From positions 1-64,000 of IMG/VR virus record IMGVR_UViG_3300037067_006130: DNA of 64,000 nt; one strand, written 5' to 3'. The first letter of the stretch is position 1. Every line of letters starts with the position of its first letter. The translations under genes and the position numbers were made by a program. The notes under the pieces were generated by a model, which did not search any database, was not told the origin of the DNA, and was given only the letters and a program-made list of their open reading frames with translations. Of the stretch, positions 20,301 through 32,300 are shown piece by piece. The stretch is from a virus. Lineage: Duplodnaviria > Caudoviricetes.

Positions 20301-23300
20301 CAGATGGCACTGTTTATTTCACTAAGGATAATCAAGGTAATATGTTTCTTATTCGCGGGTATAATAAAGAGAAAGGCGAATACAGTCTATATACCAAGAA
20401 CTTTGGTGAAGTAAAGATGTCAGAGAAGGATTTTCAAGCCAATATGGAGCAGGTTCAAAAAGTTGAGTCTGATGCGTTATATCGTAATTTCATGCAGGAG
20501 TACGATAAAAATTCAGGAATTGTAACTGAACCTATAGTCGAAAGAACTAAGATAGAGGAAACACCAAAAGCAAAAACAGAAACCGAAAAAGTTGAGGTAG
20601 AGAAACCTAAAGTAGAAAAACCTAAAACCGAAGAGATTACTATTACTACTGATGAGTTTCAAAAGTTAGGTTTGCTTGAGAAGGATACTAAGGGTGAATT
20701 TGTTCCTTTAACAATCGATAAAGCCGAAGAAAAACTTAAAGAAGTATATTCAAAACAGAACGAGATACCTGAGGTAAATCGTACTGAAGAGGATATGCAT
20801 AAACTTGAAATACTTGACCAGCAAGAGCAGGCGCTTACCTCTTTCATCGAGAAAGAAAAACCATCCTTTGAAAAATCAAAACCGGTAAGCGTAAAGGAAA
20901 CTCCTAAGCCTGTTGAGAAGGTAGTTGAGGAACCTATTGTTAAGACTGGTTCATTGAAGGATAAGGCCATTAACAAGTTTGCTCAGAATCGTGCTCGTAG
21001 TGAAAAGAATATTCGTAATCTGAACGAGGAACTAACTACTCAGTTTGGACCAGAATTTACGAGTAAGATTGCAGAACAAATTGACAAGGTTACTCCTGAA
21101 GCCGTAGATGGAAAGTTTGTGGCTGAACAGAGAAAGGCCGATAGACAATTCAACGATTATGCAAAGAAGCATGATGAGATTGCCGGAAAAGATTTTGGAT
21201 TAAGTAATCGAGTAACCTCTCCCCAGGTAGAGGCTATTAAGATGCTTGAAAAAACCGCCATTCTACCTAAGAGTGGTATGGTAGAAATTGATATCCACGA
21301 AGCAAATGATATGATTTTTGAAGGAGTTACTAAGATTCAGTACCTCAAACAGAATAAGGATAATGATATTCAGAAACTATCAGAACTTCAAAGTCGTCTA
21401 TTCGCACTAATGGCCAGTGAGAAAACCAATGCGTACAACAAAGAAACTTTAGATTTCCTTAAGAGTGCTCATACCCTTAACGAAGACCAGCTCAATCAGA
21501 AAAAAGTCGATATTCAAAAAGAAATTAACAAGAACGAGAAAGCCTTAGAGAAGAAGAAAGAGTATAACCTCAGTAAGAGACAGATTGAATCTAAAGAAAA
21601 GTTCGTTAAGGATTCTAAACAACTTCTCGATGTTATCGATGAGGAAATAGCCTCTAAACAAATAAAAAGTAAAGAGAAGAAAGTAGCAAAGGCAAAAGTA
21701 GAGAAAAAACCTAGAGCCAAAAAGAAGCCAAAGGTTAAGGAAGAAGTTGATATCGAAACGGAAGTCAAAGAGATGATGGCCGAACATGGTACAGCCAAAC
21801 CTAAACCATTAAAGGATATCATATCCTCTCTTGAGGAACTAGAGAATGCAAAACTTTACGCACCTAAAGCCGATGGTTCTGATAAGTACTCTGAGCTATT
21901 CCCTAAAATTCGGGTAGATAATATCAAGACATTTATTGGTGTTATTAAAAAGGCCATGATGGATAGTGGTATGGACAGCTTTGAGAAAGCCGCCATGGAA
22001 GCAATTCGTTTGGCTAGACAGGTAGCGAAAGAGAATCCTAAGTTCAACACCGACCATCCTGCAATCGAGGATTTATTCTATAAACTATTCAGTTTTAAGT
22101 ATGAGCCAAAGAACGAGTTTCAACTTAAAGTTGCGAATGCGGTTAATGAGTTGTTCAACAATTCTATCCCGAAAATTAAAGCAGCTCTTGAAGAGCATCA
22201 GCACAGTTCGAGTTTATTAACAACTAGTGAACAGAGGTTAGAGGAACAACGTAAAAACCTATCCCCTCTATTCGATGCGATGGCCAGAGAAAGTAAACTG
22301 CAAAAGAATTTCCTTGAACGTGAATTCCATTCTCGGGTAAGGATGGGTAAATACAAACTAAAGGATTCTGAGGATTACCTTAAATTTCTTGATAAGCTAG
22401 AACATTCAACTGACGATTTTGATGATTATCTTCTTTCATCACTATATGAGAATAATGTAAACTGGGATACATTCCTAAGTTACCTTAACTTCTATTCAAC
22501 AGTTGACTTACATCGTTTTGAATCAATTAAGATATTCATTAACGGTAAGGATGCCAATAAATATGAAAGAACATTCCTCAATCCTGAGTTTGACCTTGAT
22601 TCGCTGATTAAACCATTCATGTCGAAGATTAATAACTTTAGGATTGACCATAAAGACGGTACGCATAGTGAGGGCGAAAAAGCATTATCTACTCGTATTG
22701 GACAGTATATCAACGAGCATAATAAATTTGTTAGAGAGTACGACCATGAGAATCCTAATAAGGCCAAAATATTCGAACATGATTTACAGTTCCTAGAAGA
22801 TGTCACAGGGATTAGCAAAGAGATTTGGAGGGATCATTACTTCTATGATAATGATAAGAAGGAGAATGAAACCCTTATGCGTGTTGTGGATGAGAAAGGT
22901 AATGAAAAGTATGTTAAAACAGTATTCAATAGTTTTAAAGACATCATTGACTTTAATCACTACAAGGCTAATGAAAGCATAGAGGATTTAACATCTCTAG
23001 GAATTAAAAAGATTGACCTACCAAAAGGTTCAACCTTTGTAGATAGCAAACCTTACTACGCACCTGATAAAACAAGTCTATCCTCTAAGATGATGGGTTC
23101 GTTTGCGGGTAAGTATAATACCCAGGTTGGTAAAGAAAAGAAGTCGAACAAAGAGTTTATGTTTGATTTCATGACCAAAGGGGTTAAGGGTGTCTTTGCG
23201 AATATCGTTAAGCTTAGCACCTCTAAAAAGGGTGGATTAGGATTAATGGTTCGTGACCTTGATGGGAAACAGTTCGCAGCTTACGTGCAAGATTTTCCTG

Positions 23301-26300
23301 CTCTTAAAACGCTTAAAAAAGCATTTGATGTTCAAGAGCATCCTTTTATGCAGAAGTTAAAAAAACTTGGTGTCCAACCAACCATTATGTATCAACAGGG
23401 TATCAAAGGGTATGACTTTGAGAAGGGAAATAAGAAAGAAAATTCTATCGAGAATCAACATATTTCGCCTGAAGATTTTTGGGTATCTCAGATGATTCAA
23501 TTTTTTGATGGGGATAAAACGTATTATGCTAATGCTGGACAGTTCAGTGATCGTAAGATGTTACTCCATGTGAATGCTCCAAAACTCTCAAGAACTAAAT
23601 CACCGGTAGCGAGTGAAAAATGGTTAACCGAAAATCTACCTGACTACGAAGATGTAGTACAGGCTTATATTAGTGATTATGGTGAAAGAATAAAGACTAC
23701 TTTTAATATTGACCATGCTGGACTTGAAAATTTTGTAAAGGATTTTGTTTACAACTTCGCAAGGAATACCAAAGACTTGATGGAGATTATTCATGGTAAT
23801 CTTAAGCAGTACGATGGTGGTTTTATTCAGATTCTAAAGCGTGGTGCGACAAGAACTTCAACAGGTCTAGGAACTATACCTACATCAGGTATTCCACGAG
23901 AATTTAAGGTAATGGTTGCTGAAGATCTAAAAGAACTTGGATTCAACGATTCTGAATTCGCTGTAATGGATGGTCTTGCCATTGGTTCTAGTAAATTCAT
24001 GGCGAATTATGGTAAAAATCTTGGTTCTATCTATAATAGGGTTCTAGAACTAGGTGACTTTAAAACATCAAAATCATTGGTTGACTTCCTTGATGATAAA
24101 GGAATGAGGACTATCTGCAAGGCAAACTTTGTAGATATCAGTGTGTTCGTTGATACGTTTGGTGGTGCTAAATGGAAGGCACTAGCTGACTTTATGGATA
24201 AGAATGGGATTGACGTATTCACTACAGATAAAGCGGTAAAACTTAATGGTAGTAAACTATTAGATAATCCACATTCTTCCAGTAAGGGTTCACTAGCACT
24301 ATTCAAAAAGGATGGTACATTAAATGATATTCCAACCGAACATATTGAGAAATTCAAACAAACTTGGAGTTTAGATAATGTTATCTCTCAGCAAGAACTT
24401 CGTAAGAAAGTAGGTGCTGAAGGTAAGGGTAAGGTTCCTATTCAGCTTAAAACAAATCTTATCGCTCTTCCAAGTTTTTCGGGTTATCTCGAGCATGTAA
24501 ATAAACAGATTGATATCACATTAGCGGAACTTGAAAAGAAGTTCAACGGAATGACTAAACCTGAAGAGATTAAATCTTTCGTTATCGAACTATTCACCAA
24601 GGAATTCGCAAATGTAACCATCGATCCTGATACTGGTGAAGAGAATATACTCGATTCTGAAGGTAGTAAATTAGATCCAAAAAATCTCGAGGGAAATGCT
24701 TTACTTGTATATAGAAGATTATCGTCTGGTGCAAGTATCAATGAACCATTCATTCGCGAATCAATCGTTAGAAAGGTTCTTTCCTACATTGAACGTGAGG
24801 GGTTAACTCTAGATGGTAATCGTCAGGGAACATATCTTATTCCCGACGTATTCGGACACTTAAAAGATTATAGACCATCTAAGGATAGTCGATACACTTT
24901 ACTTCCACAGGTAGCCGCAAATCTTCCCGGAGGTAGATATCCTAAATTTTTCGTCACGGAAAAAGAAGCGATATCACATATTGAAAAGAATAGCAAACAG
25001 CATTCCGATTTATATAACGATAAAGGAAAACTAAACGATTGGGAGGTTGAAGAGGTTGATGGTAAATTTATGGTTCCCGGTGAAATGGTATTCGTTAATT
25101 TTGTACCAGGTACTAACTATCATAGTCATCCACTTGGAAGATTAACTCTTCGCTCTGTTGGTAACTCTAGTTCTGTTAGCGCTACCCTTGCAAGTAGAGC
25201 AGGTAAAGATTTCGATGCGGATGGAGCATATTTACTATTCCTATTCAAGGATAAACAAGGAAATATAATCCTAGACGAGAGCAAAAAAGGTCGTTCTAAT
25301 CAATCAATCCTTGCCATTAAAAAAGACTTCAATGATTCAAACAATCTTCAGATGTTGATGAATCCTATTGATACGGAAAAATATGACGTTCCTGTACTGA
25401 AGGTAATCGACAAATTATATCCACCTGATAAGTCAAGAACTTTTGATAAGAAATTATACTGGCATCCCTGGGCACTTCAAGAGGCAAGAATAATCAGTTT
25501 AGATGGTGTTAATCTAAAGGCCATTGCAACCAATCATGCAACAACCTATAGCTATCTAAATGCGATTAAACCTGATATCAAGAAATTTACCGCCAAGAAT
25601 GGTAAGCAGTATACTACATCATTTCCTATTCCAAGATATGATGATAAAGGAAAGCAACAAGGTTCTATTAAGCTAGATGGTATTCCTGAAGATGTATTCA
25701 ATGTTTATAAAGAACATCATGGGAATATTACCAATTTATGTTTCGATAATATGACCGATCCTAAGATTGGAAGGATGGGATATAATGTTTGGACATCTAA
25801 CCTATTTGAGTTTGCTCTTATCAATGATAGCTCATTATCATCTAAGAACTACAAAACTGCTCAACTTTTAGATAAAGCGGTTACCCAACGAATTAAAGAG
25901 CTTTCAATCTTCTTTAACCGTCCAGTATTTAAAATGTTTGCAGTAGAGTGTGATCGATTTAATAAATCAAACGAATTCTACTCTACATCAGAGGTTCAAA
26001 AACTTGCATTTACTGAGGTTGAAAGAATGTTTAATTCAAAAGAACCTGCAGATGTTGTTGCTCTAGATAAGTTAATGAAGTATTCCAGCGACCTAAACGT
26101 GATTAAAGGTGTTCAGAAGTTAACCGAGCAGACACCAAAAAGTTACGAAGAATACGCTGCTTCATTGGATTCGATAAAGAGATTAATGACCAATGGACTT
26201 TATTTCTATGATACTCGTGCATTTTTAAACGATACCCAAAGAGAGTTAACCCCTCTTCTCGAGAATGCCATTAAGTCATTAATGGCTGCAGAAAATCTTG

Positions 26301-29300
26301 CATTCAAAAAGAGCATCGAAACATCGAAGATTGCTCAGTTTGTAGTCCATGAGATTAAGAACAAGATTGCTTTAGAGAAGGGTTCAGAACGTGGAGTATG
26401 GCTTGGAACCGAAACGGTTAAGAAAATTATGAATAACCTTCAGGCATTCATCTCCCTTAACGCATTGGTTAAAGATGTAGAACCGGGTACTATCGCGGAT
26501 AAACTGATTAACGATTTCCCTATGTACAAAACAAAATTTATGAATAACAAATTCATGGATTTTGTGCAGGTTGAGGATAGAGCAGATATTACCGACATTA
26601 AGAACATAAAACTTCGCGAGGAAAAGACGATACAAGTTCCAACTATCTTTAGAACCATTAACCTAACACCAGAACAGCTTAAAGAAATTCATGATGATTT
26701 TGATGCTCTTCCTGCAGAGTTAAAGGATGCTTTGTATACCTACATGATATATGAGCATGGTATTAAGAATGCAATAACTACAGGAACTTACTATCAGTTC
26801 ATGAGTGACAAGTTTCTTAACGAAAAAGCAAAAGTTATTGAATCCGAGATGCAACGTTGGGAACAGAATGATTTTGGCGAGTTAACTGCAGGTCAGATAT
26901 CCCAAGTACTTGTTGATAACATAAAGGAATTCCTTAAGGGTAATCGTGGTAAGGTTCGATTCAAATATGAAACAAAACACAAGTACGATGTTCAGGATCT
27001 CAAGAATAATTTCTCTGAGTTTGTAGGTTCGTTTAGCCTTGCTGACCATCAGAAGTATGCTAACATAAAGACTGAAGCACAATTCATCAAGTTTATCGAG
27101 GCAAAAGGAGTTACTTACGAAGACTTTAAGACTGCTCTAATCTATCATATCACCGAGAATGGAATTAAGGTTAATCCTAAAACCATGATTTCGGACTACT
27201 TTTCTAACCCTGAGAACTTTGTCAAGGTCGAAAAGATGGATCATAAGATGGCCTCAGCCGATAATATTACAGGTAAAGATACGACCACGTTAGTCGAATC
27301 AGAGAAAGGTAATAGAACAGCAAGTACTCGCTCTTTCCCGCTAGGTTCGTTTAAGAATGAGAATTTAGCCTACGCTGAGAAGGATATCCCAGGTCGATTA
27401 ATCCGTCTTGAAGGAGGTAAAGAATTATACGTTGTAGAAAAAGTAGAACAGCTTACCAAAGATGTTCTCGCTGATCCTACGTTCCCTGAACGTTGGAGCA
27501 AGAAAGAACTTTGGACACCAGAATACTTCAAGAAAGTGTTAGGTGGACCAACCGTTCACGAAGGTTCTTGGCAGACCACATGGAGAAAAATAGATAGAAG
27601 TGAGTTAAAGATGGCTCATGCTGGTGGAAATAAAGTTGCCAATGAACTACCTATTGACTATCATGGTTCTATTGTATTCGCTTCCATTGGTACTGGTAAG
27701 TCAGTATTCGTTTCTCAAAAACAAGGTGTACTCGATGCGGATGATTTGCTTAGAGAAATTCTTGACGATCATGGAATCGAGTATGATGTTAATAACTTCG
27801 GACTTAAAGGATATGAGAACATCGATACTATTTGGGATGATTTAAGACAGTTATTAACCGATAAACTTAATGAAGGACATACAATTTTTGGTAGCAATTT
27901 CTTTTTACTTCATGAGGATCTTGGAAAGGATTTAGTGAAGTATGCTCTTCTCGAAAAAGACACGAATCTATTACACGACAGAACAACACAAAGAGCAAAA
28001 GCAGAAGGAAGAAATGAAATACAGATTGATTACCTAAATCGTAGAGTAAGACAGGAAGTAGATGCTTTCAAAGACCTTGGTAAGAATAGAAAAGAACTAG
28101 GTGGTAAATTTGTATCAGATCATTTTAACCCTGAAACACAATCGAAATTAGGTAATATAAGTGAGAAAGTAGTATTCGGTAAACTTGAGGTAATTAATAC
28201 TAATCAGGGTAGAACGAATGAGTTATCCCTAAAAGATTTATCAGAACGTATATTAACGATGAATCCTGAGATTGAGAAGTTAGTTAATAAACTCATTTTA
28301 TCCTATCCAAACAGTAAGGTTATCCTTTACCTAGATAAGATTGATCCTCTTGGAAGTGCCGCATTGGGTACCGACAATAATATTGAGATGTACAAGGATT
28401 CCGTTGGCGAAGGATTTGAACAGAGATTATATCATGAACTAGCACATCTTGAAACAAAAGATAAGATTAACAAGGATAAACAGCTTCGTTCAGAACTTGA
28501 AAAATTGCTTGCTCTTTCTCGAAAGGAAACAACTACTCCTGGTCTATATGGATATAGTAATGTTCACGATTTTGCTGCAGAGTACATATCAAACCCTGAG
28601 TTTAAGAAGGAACTATCCGGTGCTATCGTAAATAAATTAGATAAACTATTTAAGGATAAAGAGATTAAAAATCAGTATACAAATCAAACGACAACTGGTA
28701 TAATAAAAATAATATCTGGCGGTCAATTAGGTGTTGATATGGCAGGACTCGATGCAGCAAAAGAAATAGGAATTGAAACAGGAGGTACAGCTGCTGCTGG
28801 ATATAAACAATCAGTAAGTAAAGAGAAAAACATAAATAATAAAAATCTTAAAATAACTTATGGTTTAAAAGAAGGAAAAACAACAAGAAGGCAAGGAAAA
28901 TTTGGAGAATACAATGACGTTTACCATCAAAGAACAATAGATAATGCACAAGAAGCAGATGGTACTATTTGGTTTGGAAAAGAAGATAGCCCAGGAGGAA
29001 AATTAACATTAGGTAGAGAAGCACAAAGAGGCAAACCAGAACCATTGGTTAATCCTAATAATGTTAAAGAAATAAAGGATTGGGTAATCAACAATAATAT
29101 AAAAATATTAAACGTTGCAGGAAACAGAGAGTGGACTAATCCTGGTATTTATAATAAAGCTAGAAGAATACTTGTAGATGCTCTAAAATCAAATGGGGAT
29201 ATTATAAAAAATCAGTTACCAAAAACTGCTCACGAGGCATTGCTTACCAATGATCCAGAACTGGCAGAATTTATGATTGACCATCTCGTTAAGTCATTCC

Positions 29301-32300
29301 CTGAGATTGAGATGTTTAAAAGCAGAGATAACTTTATTAAATTCTGCGAAACAAACGCTAAAAGAGGACTTGTTTTCGATACCAGAGCCATTGGCCATGC
29401 TTTTGCCAACGCTGTCTATATCGATCCTAAAAAGGCATTCCAATCAACTCCTGTACATGAGTACGGACATATCTACTATGATTCATTACCCGATTCGAAT
29501 ACATCAAAGAAAATTCTTCGTCAGCTATTCACCGAAAATGGTTTATCTCTAAGCGAGATTGACGAGAATATCGTATTCGAGATAGGTCGTGCCGGAGTAA
29601 AACTAGCAATCAACCAGTTAGAACTATCCAAGAAAAATAAGTTGGAAAAAGAGTTACCTAAGTTTTGGGAAAGCGTTAAAAAGGTGTGGTCTAAACCTAA
29701 GTTTAAAACGAAGGATGATTTCATTAATGATATCGTCGAACAGATGTGGAATCGTGAACCTAACGAGAATGACCGTTTCAATCAACAGGTAGTTCGTAAT
29801 ATGATTGTTGAGCAGGATCCTAATGGTGATCCAACCTTTGAGGAACGAACGGAACCCGATGGTCATAACTCTCTTTGGGAGAAAGGTGGTAAGCGATTAA
29901 TTACTCCTTCAGGATTAAAATCTATCCTTACTAGCGGTAATCGTTTCAACGAAGAGGACTATATCAAGATTAAACTTCGTCAAACACAACTTGGCGATAG
30001 AAAATCGGTAACCCTTGCTGAAACAAAACGGTTAGAAGCCCAAGTTAAATTTATTACCGAAAGTGGTAATGACGTTCATAGTCTTTGTGCTGCTTACTTC
30101 GAGGAAGATCCTTTCATCAGCAAGGCGCTTATCGCTGAAATTTTAAAGAAAAAAGTAGTTGATGCTAATGAGGTTCTAAAAGGATTGGTAAACCTAAGAA
30201 AGTTTATCGAAACTAAATGGGGTAAAAACGTTAAGTACTATGCAGAACATACTTTTGCTAATGTAAAGAATAGACTTGCAGCAAGACCTGACCTAATCAT
30301 TGAGGTTGCACCAAACGAGTTGGTGTATATGGACTTTAAATCCTCAGACGCGTCTTTCTTTAACAAGGATGGTTCTTATAACGGAAAGGTAACTGAAACA
30401 CATGGACTATTTGGAAAGCCATTAGAATTTGTACCAAACACCATCGAGAATCAGCGTAAAGTACAATTCTCATTGACTAAATATATTCTCGAGAATCAAA
30501 ACAACGGTTCTAAGGAAAAGAACAAAATCGTCGGAATGTATGTAGTACCAATTTCCACCAGCCTCAACATTACTCAAAACGAGGATGGTGATTGGAACTA
30601 CACTATCGAGAACGTGGATATGAAGAAACCTATCCCAATAACTCCGATGACTGATCCAGCGATGAGAGGGATTCAGAAGTTTATCGATAGAACTAAAGAC
30701 CTTGGAAAAAACTATTTAAAACTTAAGAAAGAGTTTGGAAATACCCATAACGATTACGATTTGCACAATACTGGCCAGTTAATGGATATGATGGAAAACA
30801 TCACAAACACAACGCTTGATAAGACAAGTATGTTTGATGTGATGAATATTAACAAGACCGGTATAGCGAATATTGAAGATACTCTTTTAAGCATTTCAGA
30901 GGATGAAGGTGGTAAATCTTATCTTCCTTCAGATATTCATGGCGACAAATCGTTACCATTCGAGGAAATACTAGCAGCATCTAATCCTGAGAATCCTTTG
31001 AATAGAAAGAAGCTTGAGGCGAGTATTTCAGATAATGTGGTGGAATCTATAAAGAGAAAAATAGCACCACTAGAGCATGAGAATTGGGTTGAAAATAGTA
31101 CTGGTCACTTCTACGATCCGATTAGTAAGAAAGGATTTGAAGCGATTGGATATAAGGATTTAGTATCAGAGATAACATCTCCGGCCAAAGTATCGGAAGG
31201 TGATTCTATCGGTATTCCTATTCAATATACAGATTCATCAGGGAATAAACGATTAATCACTGAAATCGCTACGATAAAAAGTATTCATCATGATAGTAAA
31301 TCTCCATCTAAATCGTATGTTATCGCTGAGTCAGAGAATGGAGAGTTTATTCGTCTTGATAGTTTAGATCCTCATGATGGTATTCTACGTGAAGTCAAGA
31401 AGTGGATTACTACAAGTGCTTTTGAAAAGAAAAGAATGCAGGAAAGTCTTGATGCGGTAGAGGAAGCAAAACAATTCCCATACCAACCAACAATGGGATA
31501 TCAAGAGGTTTATAAAAGAAGTAGGCATGTAGTTCCTGAAGGGATTGATATGAATACTCCAAAATCAATGCGGGAATATTCTAGATATCTCGAGATGATT
31601 AAGGAATTTAAAACGCTTAACGATTTTTCTGATATCATAAACAAGGAACCAGAACGAATACTAAAGATTTTCAGAGAGATTCAGTTTAATGATAAGAAGT
31701 ACATAACACCTTTCAAAAAACTTATCATTGAATTAATGCATGCCAAGATGCTTGCTGAACGTATTCGTTTTGAGAATAGAGAAGGTCAACGTGCTTTCCC
31801 TTTGATAACAGGAATGCTTGGTGATTGGATGGTTAATCCCGGTGATAAAATTCTTGAACGCTTATTCGGGCAAATCATTACTAATCCTTCATGGAGAATG
31901 ATTCATACCATTCCTAACTACTTCGTAGCAGAAAACGTTGCGATGGACCACATGACTCATGCTCTATACAAAGAAAACTATGAAATGTCAATGGTTAGTG
32001 ATGAGTTGGCTAAATGGAATTCAAAGATTAAGGCAGATCCAATGTTTAGAATGTCAGATATCATTACAATTCGTAATGGTTCTTGGTATCTTAAACATCC
32101 ATCAACCATAAGTGGAAGCGGATTAGATTCTGAATTTGCGAACTATATCTATGAGAAATGGGAGAAATACGAAGGGGTAAGCCATGATGTTACAAAACCT
32201 ATTCGCATACCATCTCAGTCAGCATCAGTTAGTGAGTTAAATGAACGATATGCAAGTTTAAATCTAGGACCATTACTTACCAGAAGAATTAGAAATGCAT

